This document shows, one piece after another, positions 39,940 to 53,067 of a DNA stretch of 64,000 nt. Origin of the DNA: Octopus sinensis (taxonomy: Eukaryota); contig NC_043003.1 in assembly GCF_006345805.1 (NCBI RefSeq), positions 74,090,001-74,154,000 on the forward strand, written 5' to 3'. Within the stretch, counting starts at the first letter, position 1. Each line of letters begins with the position of its first letter. Below the pieces are notes generated by a model that did not search any database, was not told the origin of the DNA, and saw nothing but the letters and a program-made list of their open reading frames with translations. A program made the translations under genes and the position numbers.

Positions 39940-40148
39940 CGCCATGTTGATTCGTTAGCTACTGCACGCATTTTTTTTCTCTCCTTCTTTCTGTGTTTTT
40001 CTCTCTCTGTGTATCTTTCTGTTGAAGAGCGTAGGCTCGAAACGTTAAAGACTTGTTTTATTTATATTTCCTGAGCGCCATACTAATACAATTGTTCGTT
40101 TGTTTTCCACCTGCCTTCGTCTTTTGTTTATTTTCATAAAGCTTCCCG
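39940..40148 (+). mobile_element. PLE-terminal-like short repeat (family E)
   Basis: Homologous to 765-850 and 44925-45065; flanked by (TA)n; contains a minimal HHR. Confidence 0.65.
40014..40051 (+). ncRNA. Candidate minimal type I hammerhead, CUGUUGA core variant
   Basis: TCTTT-CTGTTGA-A-GAGC(GTAG)GCTC-GAAA-CG-TT-AAAGA: 5-bp stem I, 4-bp stem II, palindromic AACGTT in place of stem III. Confidence 0.55.
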
Positions 40149-40181
<33 letters not shown>

Positions 40182-40208
40182 AATATATATGTATATATAT
40201 ATATATAT

Positions 40209-40856
40209 AATTGAAAAATAAGATAAAATCTTTATAAGAATTTATCAAGTACTTACGTGAAAAACCTCATAAGTGACAAAATCCATCAATTATTCCTCTT
40301 AAATATATTTATTTATATTAAGGGCATTATTATACATAAATGCCTCACGCTAGGAGGAACTCTTAAAGTCAAAACTACTATAATAAAACACATTGTACAG
40401 AAAGCGAGCGAATGTAACTACTTGATAAATTCTTATAAAGATTTTGTCCTATTTTTCAATTGTAAATTTAGCCGGAATATATTCAGCGCTGAATTTTATT
40501 CTTGATAAACACGTGTACCGTGATGCAATTCGAAAAGCCTGCTTTTACATAGATATATAAGTGTGAGCGATTCTATAAACTATGCTGGATACATTTGTGT
40601 TAGTCTGGTATGTTGATTTTTTGTCCATTTTTCTGTGTCCTGATTATGCTTGCACTGAGGATTAATTAGTGCATTTTGTGCACTAATTACGAATTTATAT
40701 GATAGGCAGCGGAATCTAGTTTTAAAAGGCTCGCTTCAAGAGTTGCATTCCCTCGTGTTCGGTACAATGCGTTTTATTATGGTAGTTTTGACGTTAAGAG
40801 TTCCTCCTAGCGTGAGGCATTTATGTATAGTGATGCCCTTAATATGAATAATATAT
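40209..40856. repeat. Interlocking inverted-repeat element between (TA)n tracts
   Basis: IR1 40209-40256 / 40414-40461. IR2 40310-40398 / 40762-40850, with 6 mismatches in 89 bp by manual count. Confidence 0.85.
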
Positions 40857-41112
40857 ATATATATATATATATACACTTACACTTTATATATGTCATTCAT
40901 TAGACTGCGCACAAGCTAGGACGCAGCATTGAATATTATTTATTCCAGTGAATCAACATAGTAATTTTCTTTAAAACTGGTATTTATTCAATTGAAGATT
41001 TTAGCCGAACCGCTACGTGACGAGAGATAAACACAGCAGCATCTGAAGCTGTGGTCAGGGACAAACAGCGTCACAAAAACACATATACACAACAGCACAT
41101 GCTAACACATAC

Positions 41113-41490
41113 GTGGATGTGTTGTAAGAAGCTTGCTTCGCAACCCCTTGGTCCCTGGTATAGACCCATTACATTGCTCCATAAGGAAATATCTTCTTGT
41201 ATAGCGTCGGGCCAATGGAAGCCTGTAGGTGGATTTGGCTGACGGAAACTGAAAGAAGACCGTCGTACATACATACTGAGTTGTATTCTTTTATACCCAT
41301 GTTTATCACCCTACAATCGCTTAACGTCCCCGTAACACAGCAGTTCAGCAAAAGCAGCCAATAGTGTAAGTAACAGGCTTACAGATAATAAGCCCTGTGG
41401 GCAATTTTTGGAAATAAAACTATTTAAGGACGCGCTCCAGCATGTACTCAGGTAAATGACGGAAACAAGTAAAAGAATAAAAGAATACAC
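41113..41490 (+). mobile_element. tRNA-derived SINE (family B), diverged near-full copy
   Basis: Head, ggatttggctgacggaaactgaaagaagaccgtcg, and 3' part ending gtaaaagaataaaagaata; homologous to 20905-21350. Confidence 0.7.
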
Positions 41491-41519
41491 ATATCAAATA
41501 TCAGATGTGCTATTCATCA

Positions 41520-41790
41520 ACCGTATCGTTGTGTTTTTTGCACATTCTGCATTTGGTGTTTTCATTATTTTGTTTTTATAATTGTTTGTAGCCAGGTATT
41601 GGTCTTGTGCAGCGAGAATCAGTTCATCCTTTTAGGTTTTAGTCCAGAGCTTTTAAGCCATTGTTGGTTTTTAGTTAGGCTCACTTTCTTGTCTGTCAAG
41701 CTCTGCATTGTACTGACCATGAAGTGATTTTCCTTTCCATTTCTTCTTCAGTGTCCTTTGTAATTCATGTCCATTTATGCTTTTCTGGAT
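41520..41790 (-). pseudogene. R4/Dong-like ORF fragment (post-RT region)
   Basis: The minus strand reads WKGKSLHGQY...LILAAQDQYLATNNY (cf. LHGQ...AAQDQxLxTxNY). Confidence 0.7.
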
Positions 41791-41896
41791 TTCTTCGTCT
41801 TATTATTATTATCATTATTTTTATGTAAGACAGTTTGATTCGCTTCCATACGACTTTTCGCAGGCCTCTAAGAGAAGCCTGACACTTTCAGGTTTT

Positions 41897-41970
<74 letters not shown>

Positions 41971-42627
41971 ACACACATGTACATATAATCCTTCGTATCT
42001 TTGATGGGTTGCAAAATAATATTTTAATATTGCGTTGTTGATAGTCTTTGTTATGTTTTGGAGATGCTTGCTAAAATGTATATTCAACTATAGTAAAGAT
42101 AATTAATGTTATCATCTATAAATATTATGGATACAAATATACATCTCTTATGAATAACATTAATTAAACCACAGTTGTAAATTATCTCTTACAGACATAT
42201 TGCACTTAAATGCATTGCATTAACAATAGTTATAGATGCAATCATTTTGAGTCGCTACTTTGAGAGATTAAGTCCTGTATTAATTTCTACCTTAATTTGA
42301 TGAATATCTATCTATACGTTGAATATTTATTATAAGAGATTTGTTACTTTGTCACACCCGATATATTTCTGTCATTAACACGCTACTCTCAGGTCAAAGA
42401 TGCTTCAAATAATTATTTATAATTCAATCACGAGGGAATTCAAACGAGAGAAGAAAACTATCCTAAAGACTATAGAAACGGGATGGGTAGAACGAGGAGC
42501 ACAGAGAGTCTCGACTGGTTTTCATTTCTCCTTTGCGTTACTCACTTTTGCCTGTCTTGAGGCTGCACGTCTTTTTTTATATATGTATTATCATTATTAT
42601 TATTATTATTGTTATTATTATTATTGT

Positions 42628-42843
42628 TATTATTCAGTAGTTTTATTTTTATAGCGTGCTTTCACTTCACTACCGAGCGCAGCTCTGTGTGCCTTGGGTA
42701 TGTGCTGTGATTTGTTGTGATGCTCTGATAGTTATTGTATGGAAAGTGTTCTGCGTAGGATGTGTGCAGTGCCTAGTAGTGCAATTTTCTGTATGTTATA
42801 TGTGTTTGTAAGTCCTGGTGTTTTTGTTATGTATTTGTCTGAA

Positions 42844-42845
<2 letters not shown>
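42628..42845 (-). mobile_element. 5'-truncated R4/Dong-like 3' end within (TTA)n
   Basis: Near-identical reverse complement of 35120-35340; (ATT)n arrays on both sides. Confidence 0.85.
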
Positions 42846-42928
<83 letters not shown>

Positions 42929-43691
42929 TATTGTTGTCTTTGTCTGGCTGTAAGACTTTATCCTGTTAATTATTCTTTGTTCCTCGTCCCTCTACTACTG
43001 GTTTCATCTGGAGTCCAACTCGTTTGGTTTTGTTACGTTTTGGTTCCAATCCCGGCAAGATTCTAGCCAGTATCTCCAAAGTGGAAACAATATTATCGAT
43101 AATGGCCGAAATTGATAAGACTGGAGTCAATAAAAAGAAAGAGTAGGTTTGGACATTTATGTTTTTAATCACTACTAGCGTGAAAGTGCTTGATTATGTA
43201 ACTATTTCCCTGCGTTATGAGACATAGTTGAGCTTCCAGAGGCGATATGTAATTATTGTCGCTGTAAGTTGAAAATCCTCAGCTTCAAGAATATCCTATC
43301 TATTTGTCGTGGCCGGAATTTAGTAGTAGTCGCTGAGATTATAATAGGTTTCAAACAAAGACTCAAAAGAAGAATCAATAAAACAGCCTTTGACATCAAG
43401 AACACTTCAGACACTGCTAATCAAACGGGATATCACAAAAGAAAAGGTCACCAAATAGCTACAAAAATAATAGTACTAATAATTCAGTGAATTCCCTTCC
43501 TCTCCCGTTCCCCCTATCCATGCGTGCGTGTGTCGGATTGTATTTCTCTATATACGTGCTTGTTTCATTTCTACATATATATATATATATAATGCCCGTC
43601 AGCGTATTTAATATGCATGAATGTATTTACTTACGTAAGTAAATATAAATATAGTTTATATTTAAACACATAAGAAGCATCCATCATAAGA

Positions 43692-43814
43692 TTCCTTGCA
43701 CTCTAGAGAGCTCAGTTAAATTCGAAACCAATATTAAGGATTTTTTCATTTACTTCGAAAGTTTTTCACTAATAGTGGTTTTGAATTTAACTGTCCTCTC
43801 TAGCGTGCAAGGAA
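43692..43814. repeat. Short foldback: 39-bp inverted arms, 45-bp spacer
   Basis: 43692-43730 versus 43776-43814, 4 mismatches by manual count. Confidence 0.8.
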
Positions 43815-44117
43815 ACCTATGACGGATGCCTCTTATGTGTTTAAATGTAAACTGTATTTATATGAATAATATATCGTCTATTGACAAAATTTTTACACGC
43901 TAGGCCACTGGTAATGGAAATTTCAAATATTTCTGATTAACCTTTGATATTATTAATTGCATAAGTAATTATATATATATAGATATGTGTGTGTGTGTGT
44001 AAATGTGCGTATGAAGACACGGCCATCTATGTGCGTAGAGGTGCATGTATGTACATATATTTCTATATGTCTATATATGTGAGTGCGTGTTCATATCCGT
44101 ATATGTGTGTGTGCAGT

Positions 44118-44151
<34 letters not shown>

Positions 44152-44152
44152 C

Positions 44153-44185
<33 letters not shown>

Positions 44186-44817
44186 AAATTTATTGACACC
44201 ATTACCTCTCTCTCATAACATCTCTCTCTCTCTCTCTATCTATCTATCTATATATCTATATATATATACATATATTGCTGTGTCTGGGGAGAGACATTCT
44301 GTTCTAATGCCTTATTAATTATTAATTAACACACTCATCGGTTCAGTTTCCACTCATTTATTAATTTAAAGTTTCTTCCTAAAATTTTCGTCGCTTCTTG
44401 CAGCCATTTCAATAGTTTTTGAATCTGCCCGTTATCGGAGCTGCAGTCATTTTGCGTTTAATGTTTGTTAGCTTGTGCACATATGTGTACTTCATTGTGC
44501 ATGTATATAAACATATGTATGAATGCAAGCATCTCTGTATGTATGCTTCCATATGGTTATGCATATATATACTGTACGTGTATGTAGGTTTTTATGTATG
44601 TATTCTGCATATTCATGTTTGTGTATCTGTATGTGTGTCTGTGAATAGTTGTGTGTGTAAATCTGTCCCCTTGTGTGTGTGTGTATATGGTCCCATATGG
44701 TCATGTGTTTCCGTCTCGTTTAGTGTATTTATGTGAGCGTGTGCTTGTCTATACTTATTAGCTATGCACCTATCTACCTTATTCCTCACTCCTTTTACCT
44801 ACATGCCCATTTTCCGA

Positions 44818-44897
<80 letters not shown>

Positions 44898-44924
44898 ATA
44901 TATATATATATATGTGAAATTGAC

Positions 44925-45063
44925 AGAAGAGCAAAAGATAAAGACAGGTGTATAAACAACAAGCAGGTTTATTAGTTTGACGCTCGGGAAGGTGAGAAAG
45001 TCTTTTACGCCTCGTTCCTACTCTCTTCAACAGAAATGAACGCGAAGAAATAAACACACAGAG

Positions 45064-45065
<2 letters not shown>
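44925..45065 (-). mobile_element. PLE-terminal-like short repeat (family E) with degenerate HHR (45000-45037)
   Basis: The minus strand has CTGTTGA-A-GAG...GAGG-CG-TA-AAAGAC, with GAAA decayed. Confidence 0.6.
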
Positions 45066-45117
<52 letters not shown>

Positions 45118-45479
45118 TATATGATATATATATGCATAACCATAAGGATGCATACATATAGAGATGCATGCATACATACATATGTTTATACACATCGACC
45201 AGTGACAACTGCATGGTATGTAAGATTAACGCTGGCATCAACAGGTATAATGGTGCATAGTTTGTAAAAACAAGAACATGGCATACTTTGATGTGACATC
45301 TAAAAGCATTTCAGAGAGATTCCATGCACTTTTGAGAAAATTTGATTACAAAAAACAGACTTCCATATTCCAAAACATGCAAAAGACCGACTTGACATCC
45401 ACATTTAATCCAAGCATTCGAAGGACGCAAAACGCAAACATATAGAGGAGTACGCCCTCATAAATGAAACATGCCTGGT

Positions 45480-46280
45480 ACTAAGTAGAGGAAACACTCA
45501 GAAGGTAGGGATACTCCAATAATGCACCATTATACCTGTTGATGCCAGTGTTAATCTCACATAACATGCAGTTGTCATTGGTCCACGTGATCTGATGAAG
45601 CTGCCTGGTTTTACAACAATGTTAAGTTTGAGTTTGCCCCTTGACAAAGCTGAGTTCTTGTGTACCGCATATTTATAAGCTATGAGTTTTATGAAATAGT
45701 AGTGGAGGAGCTGCACTCTCTTGTTCACATTCTCTAACCAAAGTCAGTATCGTTGACAGGGAGTCTATTGTTAGGGTGTCTAGTGGAGTAATCTAAAGGT
45801 GCCTTGATACGTTGGTGGATAGAGTTAGTTACGTGCTGGAAGCTCTCCATGATGCTCCTCTCGGTTTTTACACAACGGTTACTAGAACATTAATATCATC
45901 TACATACCTACAGTAAAGAAAAACAGTTGTGGCTTGTTCTGTTTACGTTTTCTGTCCCTCCAGGTCATGAAGAAGCTGACCACCTCTCCTTCCACACCGA
46001 CACCAATGACTGCACTTCGAACATGCATGTATAGGTTCCTGTTAAACTTTACTCTGTGGTTCTTCAAGGTGTTTCTTATGCCTGCCTCTACTGCATGTGC
46101 AATTACTCTTTTCACCTGATTGTTGTTCTCAGGGCTCTGTGTAGTTATGGTCCAGCTACTCCATGGATAATCTGAAACTACATCCATACTACCCACTACA
46201 CAACCTTGTGAGGTCGTTGGAGTGGTTGCAACTATTGATTCTACTGAAGAGATCCTCCGTTTTAACAAAGACATCCGGGA
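45480..46280 (-). pseudogene. Decayed Penelope-like RT fragment (third lineage, GGPIG-type)
   Basis: AVEAGIRNTLKNHRVKFNRNLYMHVRSAVIGVGVEGEVVSFFMTWRD (cf. EIGIRxxxxNHxYxFxGxxYxQxxGGPIG...MxxWD), MYDD, and YFIKLIAYKYAVHKNSALS (cf. FYxKPMA...SAxS). Confidence 0.6.
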
Positions 46281-48449
46281 ACATTGAAATGATTAGTCGT
46301 ATCACCTGCGGGAGGAAGTAGGATAGCTTGCAATTGCTGGTCCATATGTATGTGTTTGTGTGTGTGTATGTGTGTGTGTGTCTGTGTGTGTATGTATGTA
46401 TAATAATGATGAAATATATTAACAGGAAATGGAATAGTAAGATATCCGGAATCTATGTTATCATTCATCAGATTAGTTTTGTTACTCTATTTGCAAATGA
46501 GACTTTTATTGCTCTGAATGCAATTCATGTGTTTTTTAGGGAAATTGTTTTCAGTAAGTAGGCAAACATGAATGAGGAATACATGCTCTCTCGGAAAGAC
46601 GCAGCAAAATGAAGGTACGGTGCAAGGAAAAAGAAAATAAAAATTGAAAGAGAAACTAAATGGAAAACGAGAAAATAAACCTGAAGGAAATAGAACGGGA
46701 AAAGGTCATGGGTGTATTCACGAGCAAAATGCTATGTAAATTAGACAAGCATGCGAATAACGTACTTGTCATATTTTCTCCAAACAAGAAAAATCTAAGA
46801 TTAATTACAAGAAAATGCTGAGCCGGGTTCTCAGGCACGACACCGACATTATCGTGGACCAAGATGGAAACTCACAGCATAGTATGGAATTAATCAGCAT
46901 AAAAAGACAAAGGACAATTTTGAATATTGCAAAGCAACGTAAGTTACAATCAATTCTCAAAGTAGTATTCAAATTAACTAATGTTTGTTGTGGTTTAATG
47001 GACATAAGATATCGGCAGTGTACCGCTCTAGTTTTCATGGAAGAAGAGACTGAAGTAAAAATCAGCTGAAGCTTATTTTAGTATTTGCTGTAAGTTTGAT
47101 TTAATGTGTAATCCAGAATTAAGTTTAACCCTTTGCAAATGTTCATACTTTACGTATTCAACAATTCTCATAGAGTCTCACGTACCTTAGACGCATTATA
47201 TTTCAACATACTTAACCAAATTTCTAGAAAAAATGTGACATATCTGAAATTTTCTAGTTTCCAATGCTGAGTCGGTAAATACATTACGTCACGGGCACCA
47301 CCTATGACATCTGGGTTTTTTTTTATAGACTAGAGCGCCAACCAATTATTATTTTTAAAAAATATATTCGAAGGAATCAAAAATCAAACAAACCTTTGCA
47401 ATATTCTGGCAGATGCAAATATCACATGTGATACTGATAGGAGTGGAAGATAATGCGTTTTCCAAAACACATTTGTAGACAGCTTGAGAAATATTCTAAT
47501 AAATTACGAAGATGCCGTGGTTTTAGAAAGAAGATTTTAAAATTCAACATCACATCTAATATTTGATGTATTTAACTGCAATTTAATTTCAAGAGAATCC
47601 AATGTACTAATTTGTCCTGAAATATCAATATGTTTTAAATAGAAGTGTGAGTAACCAATGTTGTGTTTTGGAAGACTTAATAGCCCATGTGAGCACATCT
47701 GAAGTCTAGAAAATATTTTTTGTCCAAACTCATTTTCTGTCTGTGATACAGGTAAACTGTAATATCTTTGATTTCAATAGATATTATTCATGCTCAACAC
47801 ATCACCAAAATAAAGAAAGACTCTCAAGTAATTTTTCTCTGAGACTCATGCTATTGAAATAATCATTGCAATGGTGGCTCGATACACGGTTCTCAACATT
47901 ACTTACTATTTTCTTACCCTCATCAAATTTAAAGATTGAATTGACGTATAGAGTGTACTGATGTTCCCTCCAAATTTCCTTCTATTGTAAGAAGATTGTA
48001 AATTCTTGCAAGGTGTTACGGCAAATAAAATCAAAGACAAAATTCTGGATCCTGTATTTATATACGGGTAATTATACAGTGCTCTCAGCAGAGTGAGTGA
48101 CTCCTAAAGTTGTATTTGTAGATGAAAGATTATTCACATGCACAAATGTAAAACAGAACCTTGCCTAGTTTATCATAAAAGTTAATATACCAACCATAGA
48201 ATATAAATAGATACCAAGTTTACAAGATAAGAAAGATATTGTTTGTAAACTGAACGATTTTATGAGAAACACTGTGAAAAGACTACTTCAACAATAAGAG
48301 AATATATGTCAAAAATCCATAGTGATCCGCAGACTTACGCAATAACAAACAGTTTTATCCAGGATAAACTCCGCCTCAAGCGTTACATCATATACATGTT
48401 TATCAAGTAAACTGCCAAGATTGGATTCGTTATCAATTTGGATCAAGTC

Positions 48450-49165
48450 AATCAAAAACCGTTAATATGGTCGACCACCAATGGCTTGTTCGCTGTAATG
48501 AACATTGACATTTGTTCAGAGGTCAACGTAAATGGACACCTATGAGAATCGTTTCAAATCGCACGTTCAGTTCGAAGAGACTGCCCATTCTTGCCTCTTC
48601 CGGAGGTACTTGCTCTCCAGCCATTCCTACGGAAGCTGGTTGTATTGAGGGACATCCCTTGATTGGTGATTTGTGTCAGTCATGTGAGATAAGGCCTCAG
48701 GAAACTTTGGACAACAGAGGAGATCAATCAGTTGGTGTTTCCCTGATGGGCCTAATGATTATTTTCCTGCAATCCCTGGCATCGTAGTGCTAACAAGGGT
48801 TTCTGCCTGTTCTACAGGAACGGAATTGCTGTGCGACCGACTTCTCCCTTAGTGGCTGACGATATGTGCCTCTCTGATCACGAGCAGAGGTACTTGGGAA
48901 GCATCATAGGCATGTGTCGAGAGAAATTCTTTGGCGCTTAAATGATTCAGCTTTGGAAATATGGGTATTTTATTCAACATCCTTAAACAAACCTTATTCA
49001 AGGACTTTTGAGCGGGAGGGGCAACTCGACCTGAAGAAAATTATAACTGGGTCCCACCTGCAAGATCATGCGGTGTTTATATTGATATAAAATCACTATG
49101 TGTGTTGATATTGTTTTGATGTATATGCCTCATGTAACCTTATCAGACAGGTTGTCATGATGTGT
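48450..49165. mobile_element. Unclassified retroposon-like repeat; left part possibly an RTE-type 3' fragment (minus)
   Basis: GC-richer than the flanks; weak RNGWRASTSG similarity to RTE C-termini; the right part resembles a recalled abundant cephalopod repeat. Not verifiable within the window. Confidence 0.3.
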
Positions 49166-49244
49166 ATTTTCGTATATTTTACCCCAGTGTCACTTTGATT
49201 GCATGCACTGTTCTCCCAACACCATGAACAACAATGATGATGAT

Positions 49245-49260
49245 GATGATGATGATGATG

Positions 49261-49335
<75 letters not shown>

Positions 49336-49375
49336 GTAATAATAATAATAATAAAAAAATAATAATAATAATAAT
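49245..49375. repeat. (GAT)n/(AAT)n microsatellite
   Basis: Direct observation. Confidence 0.9.
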
Positions 49376-49599
49376 ACATGCTGCTCATGTATTTTAATTT
49401 AACTTAAAAAAAAAAATTTAAAAATTAACGAACTACTGAGTTTGATTTAATGGCCTACCAATATACACTATGAGTTTCTTTGCCCTAGGAGTCGGGAAGA
49501 CACTCGGCAAGAAATGGAAGAAAATTTGAAAGAAGAAAAAAAAAAGGAATAATAATAATAATAATAATAAGGCACTATTGGTGGTAACAAACGAGGATC

Positions 49600-51215
49600 A
49601 ATGCTGTAATTGAAACTTGAAGGAACATGCTAATGAGAATAATGGCTGAAAATTAAAGAAATCAGTATGAATGAGTGCGATAGTCTCCTAAACATTCGCA
49701 ATTCTAACCAAAACTTGAAAATAATTGGTAAAATCCGCCTTGAACTTAAAGATATAATTTCAGCAAATGATGTTGTTATTACAGATCTCACACAACCGTG
49801 CCATGCATCGGAAAAAATCTCAACGATTTTATGTGGTGAGAAGATTAGAAAACGACAACATTCCTACAAAAGCCTTCTTTGTTCAACACCAAATTAAGTT
49901 ACTTAGGTCTGACATGGAATGTTTGAAAAGCCTTAAGTTTGACACGACTCTCAAATCTACAAAAAACACGAAAATTAAAGAAAGATTATAATATGAAAAC
50001 CATATTTGACTTTGATACCACCATAGAAACCACCACGCAAAAGATATGTGCTAAAGCTGCAAGCGTAGTAATGTATGAAAAACTCGTTAGATTCTTGAAG
50101 GACAGCAACATGTTCAAAAATAACATTAAAACTTTTTACAGGAAGATAGGAAAAATACCAGTTACAGTAAAATCTGTACCATCAAAAGAAGTACGGGAAT
50201 TTTCGAATACCATAAGAAAAAGCACACAATGAAAATGCCTCTTGGATTGATGGTAGGAGCAAAAGTGGGAAAGTATGAAGGTTTGTTCTCAAGAGGTCAA
50301 ACAAAAGGAAGTCTCCAGTAAAGGATAAATTTCCTAACTTTTGGTTGAATGCCTTCTCAGAGAGCCATGAACAACTAACAAAACTTTACAACGATGTTTT
50401 GCAACATATGATCCCCTCTTGATTAACAGGTGATCAAGCGCTAATGCGAGTGAAGAACAAGAATGAAATACAAAGAGAGCACATCAGAGATATTGAAGTG
50501 AAATTTTGGAGAGCCACCGAACAAAATCCCAGGCTCGATTTAAAAAGGGGCAATTATTAAAAGAAATAAGCATAATTTTAGCAGTCTAAGATAAAGCGAT
50601 AAAAGAAGCAATATAAGAAAGAAGATATATGGAGAGCAAGTGTCAGAATAATGTAGAGCCTGCGGAACTTGGAACGAGACTGACTCACCTTGTGGAAGAA
50701 TGTCCAAATTTGGCACAGCAAAAATATAAGAAATGGTTGCAAGACCATGTAATATTTTACACTGGAAACTGTGCTAGAAATAGGGATTTGAAGCTGGAAA
50801 CACAGTAGAATCACCGAATCGAAAGAGTATTGGAGTCGGAGAAATGTGAGATTTTGTGGGACTTTCCTACTCAACCTGACAATAAGTTAGAAAATAATTG
50901 AGCGGACATAACAATTACAGATCAGGAAAAACGAAGTTATTTATTTGTCGACCGATCATGCCCGTTTGATTCTAGGATCGTAAAGAAAGAGGAAGAAAAA
51001 CAAAGAAATTACAATCCCATAAAATTTAAAAGGAAGAATTTGGAGCATGAGAACAGTAAAATTCGTGTCTATAATAATTGGTGCGTTGGGAACAGTAAGT
51101 AAATATATTAACAAATCGTTGAAGGAAATTGAAAGAGAATGCCTGATAGAGACCCTAGAAAAGTTTGTCTCTTAGCAACAGCAAGGATTATCAGAAGGGT
51201 TCTAAGAACTTGAAA
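49600..51215 (+). pseudogene. R4/Dong-like non-LTR relic with most of the RT domain deleted
   Basis: N-terminal FKNNIKTFYRKIGK...PSKEVREF, then CRACG..ET/THLVEECPNLAQ zinc finger, ILWDF, D..CPFD, IIIGALG and TARIIRRVL. (TAA)n lies just upstream. Confidence 0.8.
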
Positions 51216-51974
51216 GATAGCTGAAAATTTGTGGATACTTACGGATATAGGTAGTAACTCGCTACCGACATAGCTCCTATCAGGAATAAGGCGTGAGAAT
51301 GATCACGCTCCAACTTACAAAGCGTTTTGATGTGAGATAACGATTTGCTGCGATTTTATAAATGCTGGAAGTTGTTTAATACTAGAAGTATATCATTACT
51401 GAACTAATGATATATGTTATTCTAGTGTGGAACTCATGAATGGTGGAGGGAGTGGTGGAGGCATTGGTTACACTATGAGCGATATGAAAGAGAAACAGAC
51501 AAGAGTAATACTTCAGTGAATACTCATTGTCTGTTAATGCGTGGGTATATTATTAAATGAAATATATTACGTCAATTAAATTGGAGTGTCGTCATTTGTA
51601 TACGCGGGTGAGCATATACACAACTCAATTGTGTTAAGTTTGGAAGATATTTGAATATATTTACATATGCATTGTTTGTATAATTTAATAGTCCATATGA
51701 TGCACTGTGTTTTCTTAAGACATTTGTTGACGTTTTATTATACACCATCTGTTCTAAATTGAATATTGATTGCAAACTTAAGCTCTAGGCTATACAATTT
51801 GTGAAAATATATAGCCGATTATATCGACGGTAACACATGGCCGATGCGATATTTCTCAGGCAAAATAAGAACAGAATACTATGATATGAATATCAATATA
51901 AAATCGCATATCTAAATAGCGCAAGGTATATCACCAACTGCTCTACGGATTGAACACGATCACTGCCTAGTTTC

Positions 51975-52355
51975 ACATATGTCAATCCATATTCTTTTCT
52001 ACTCTAGGCATAAGACCCGAAACTCTGGGCGAGGAGGCCAGTCGATTAGATTGACTCCAGAACGCAAATGATACTTAATTTATCGACTCCCAAAGGGTGA
52101 AAGGAAAAGCCGATCTCGGGGGAATTTGAAGTGGGAACGAAAAGACAGGCGAAATACCTATTCCTATTTCTTTACTACCCACAAGGGGCTAAACACAGAG
52201 AGGACAAACAAGGACAGACAAACGGATTAAGTCGATTATATCAACCCTAGTGCGTAACTGGTACTTATTTAATCGAGCCCGAAAAGATGAAAGGCAAAGT
52301 CGACCGTGAAAGTGACGGCGAATGAAGAATGATCAATAGCGAATTATTGAGGTGA

Positions 52356-52392
<37 letters not shown>

Positions 52393-52690
52393 CGCTGAGT
52401 GGGAGTAGCCGAATATCAAGACATGTAACATGAACAAATACAATGACGACTATCAAAAATAAAAATAAAAGTATTCGATAATTTACAATGGGTGATGAAA
52501 GGAGTACATTTGAATATATGAGGACAAACAAGGACAGGCAAGCGGATTAAGTCGATTATATCAACCCCAGTGCGTAACTTGTACTTATTTAATCGACCCC
52601 GAAAGGATGAAAGGCGAAGTCGACCTCGGCGGAATTTGAACTCAGAACTCAAAACTCAGGCGAAATACAGCTAAGCATTCCGCCATACAT
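51975..52690 (-). mobile_element. Cluster of three partial tRNA-derived SINEs (family D)
   Basis: Repeated blocks gtcgatta...tgcgtaactggtacttatttaatcgaccccgaaaggatgaaaggc at about 52040-52140, 52230-52310 and 52550-52690. Confidence 0.8.
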
Positions 52691-52731
52691 ATGTCGACCC
52701 ATATTGTAAGAATTAGGTCGTCGAAGGGAGG

Positions 52732-52843
<112 letters not shown>

Positions 52844-52900
52844 TTCTCCGTTTGCGAAGTCTACTACGTAGTTTACAAGGTTAGGGTTAGGGTTAGGGTT

Positions 52901-53067
52901 GAATCTGGGCGGTCATGTTATTTGTAAATAACAACATGACTGCTCAATCTCAAGATCTTTAGCAAGATACCACTTTATGTATGAATATACCTGATGTGAC
53001 CCATACAGTGAAATTGATACAACACAACATGAAGCATAGAATCCCACTCTCAAAGGAGATTAGCAGG
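52901..53067 (+). mobile_element. Truncated copy of the CUGAUGU-hammerhead repeat family
   Basis: Aligns with 57107-57270; retains tatac-CTGATGT-GACCCA (52986-53003) but lacks the GAAA/GTC half. Confidence 0.75.

Noticed and set aside
46560-47070. Purine-rich ORFs 46656..46862, 46805..47038 and 46815..47069
   Set aside because: No recognisable domain or splice pattern; possibly an old retroelement fragment but not assignable.
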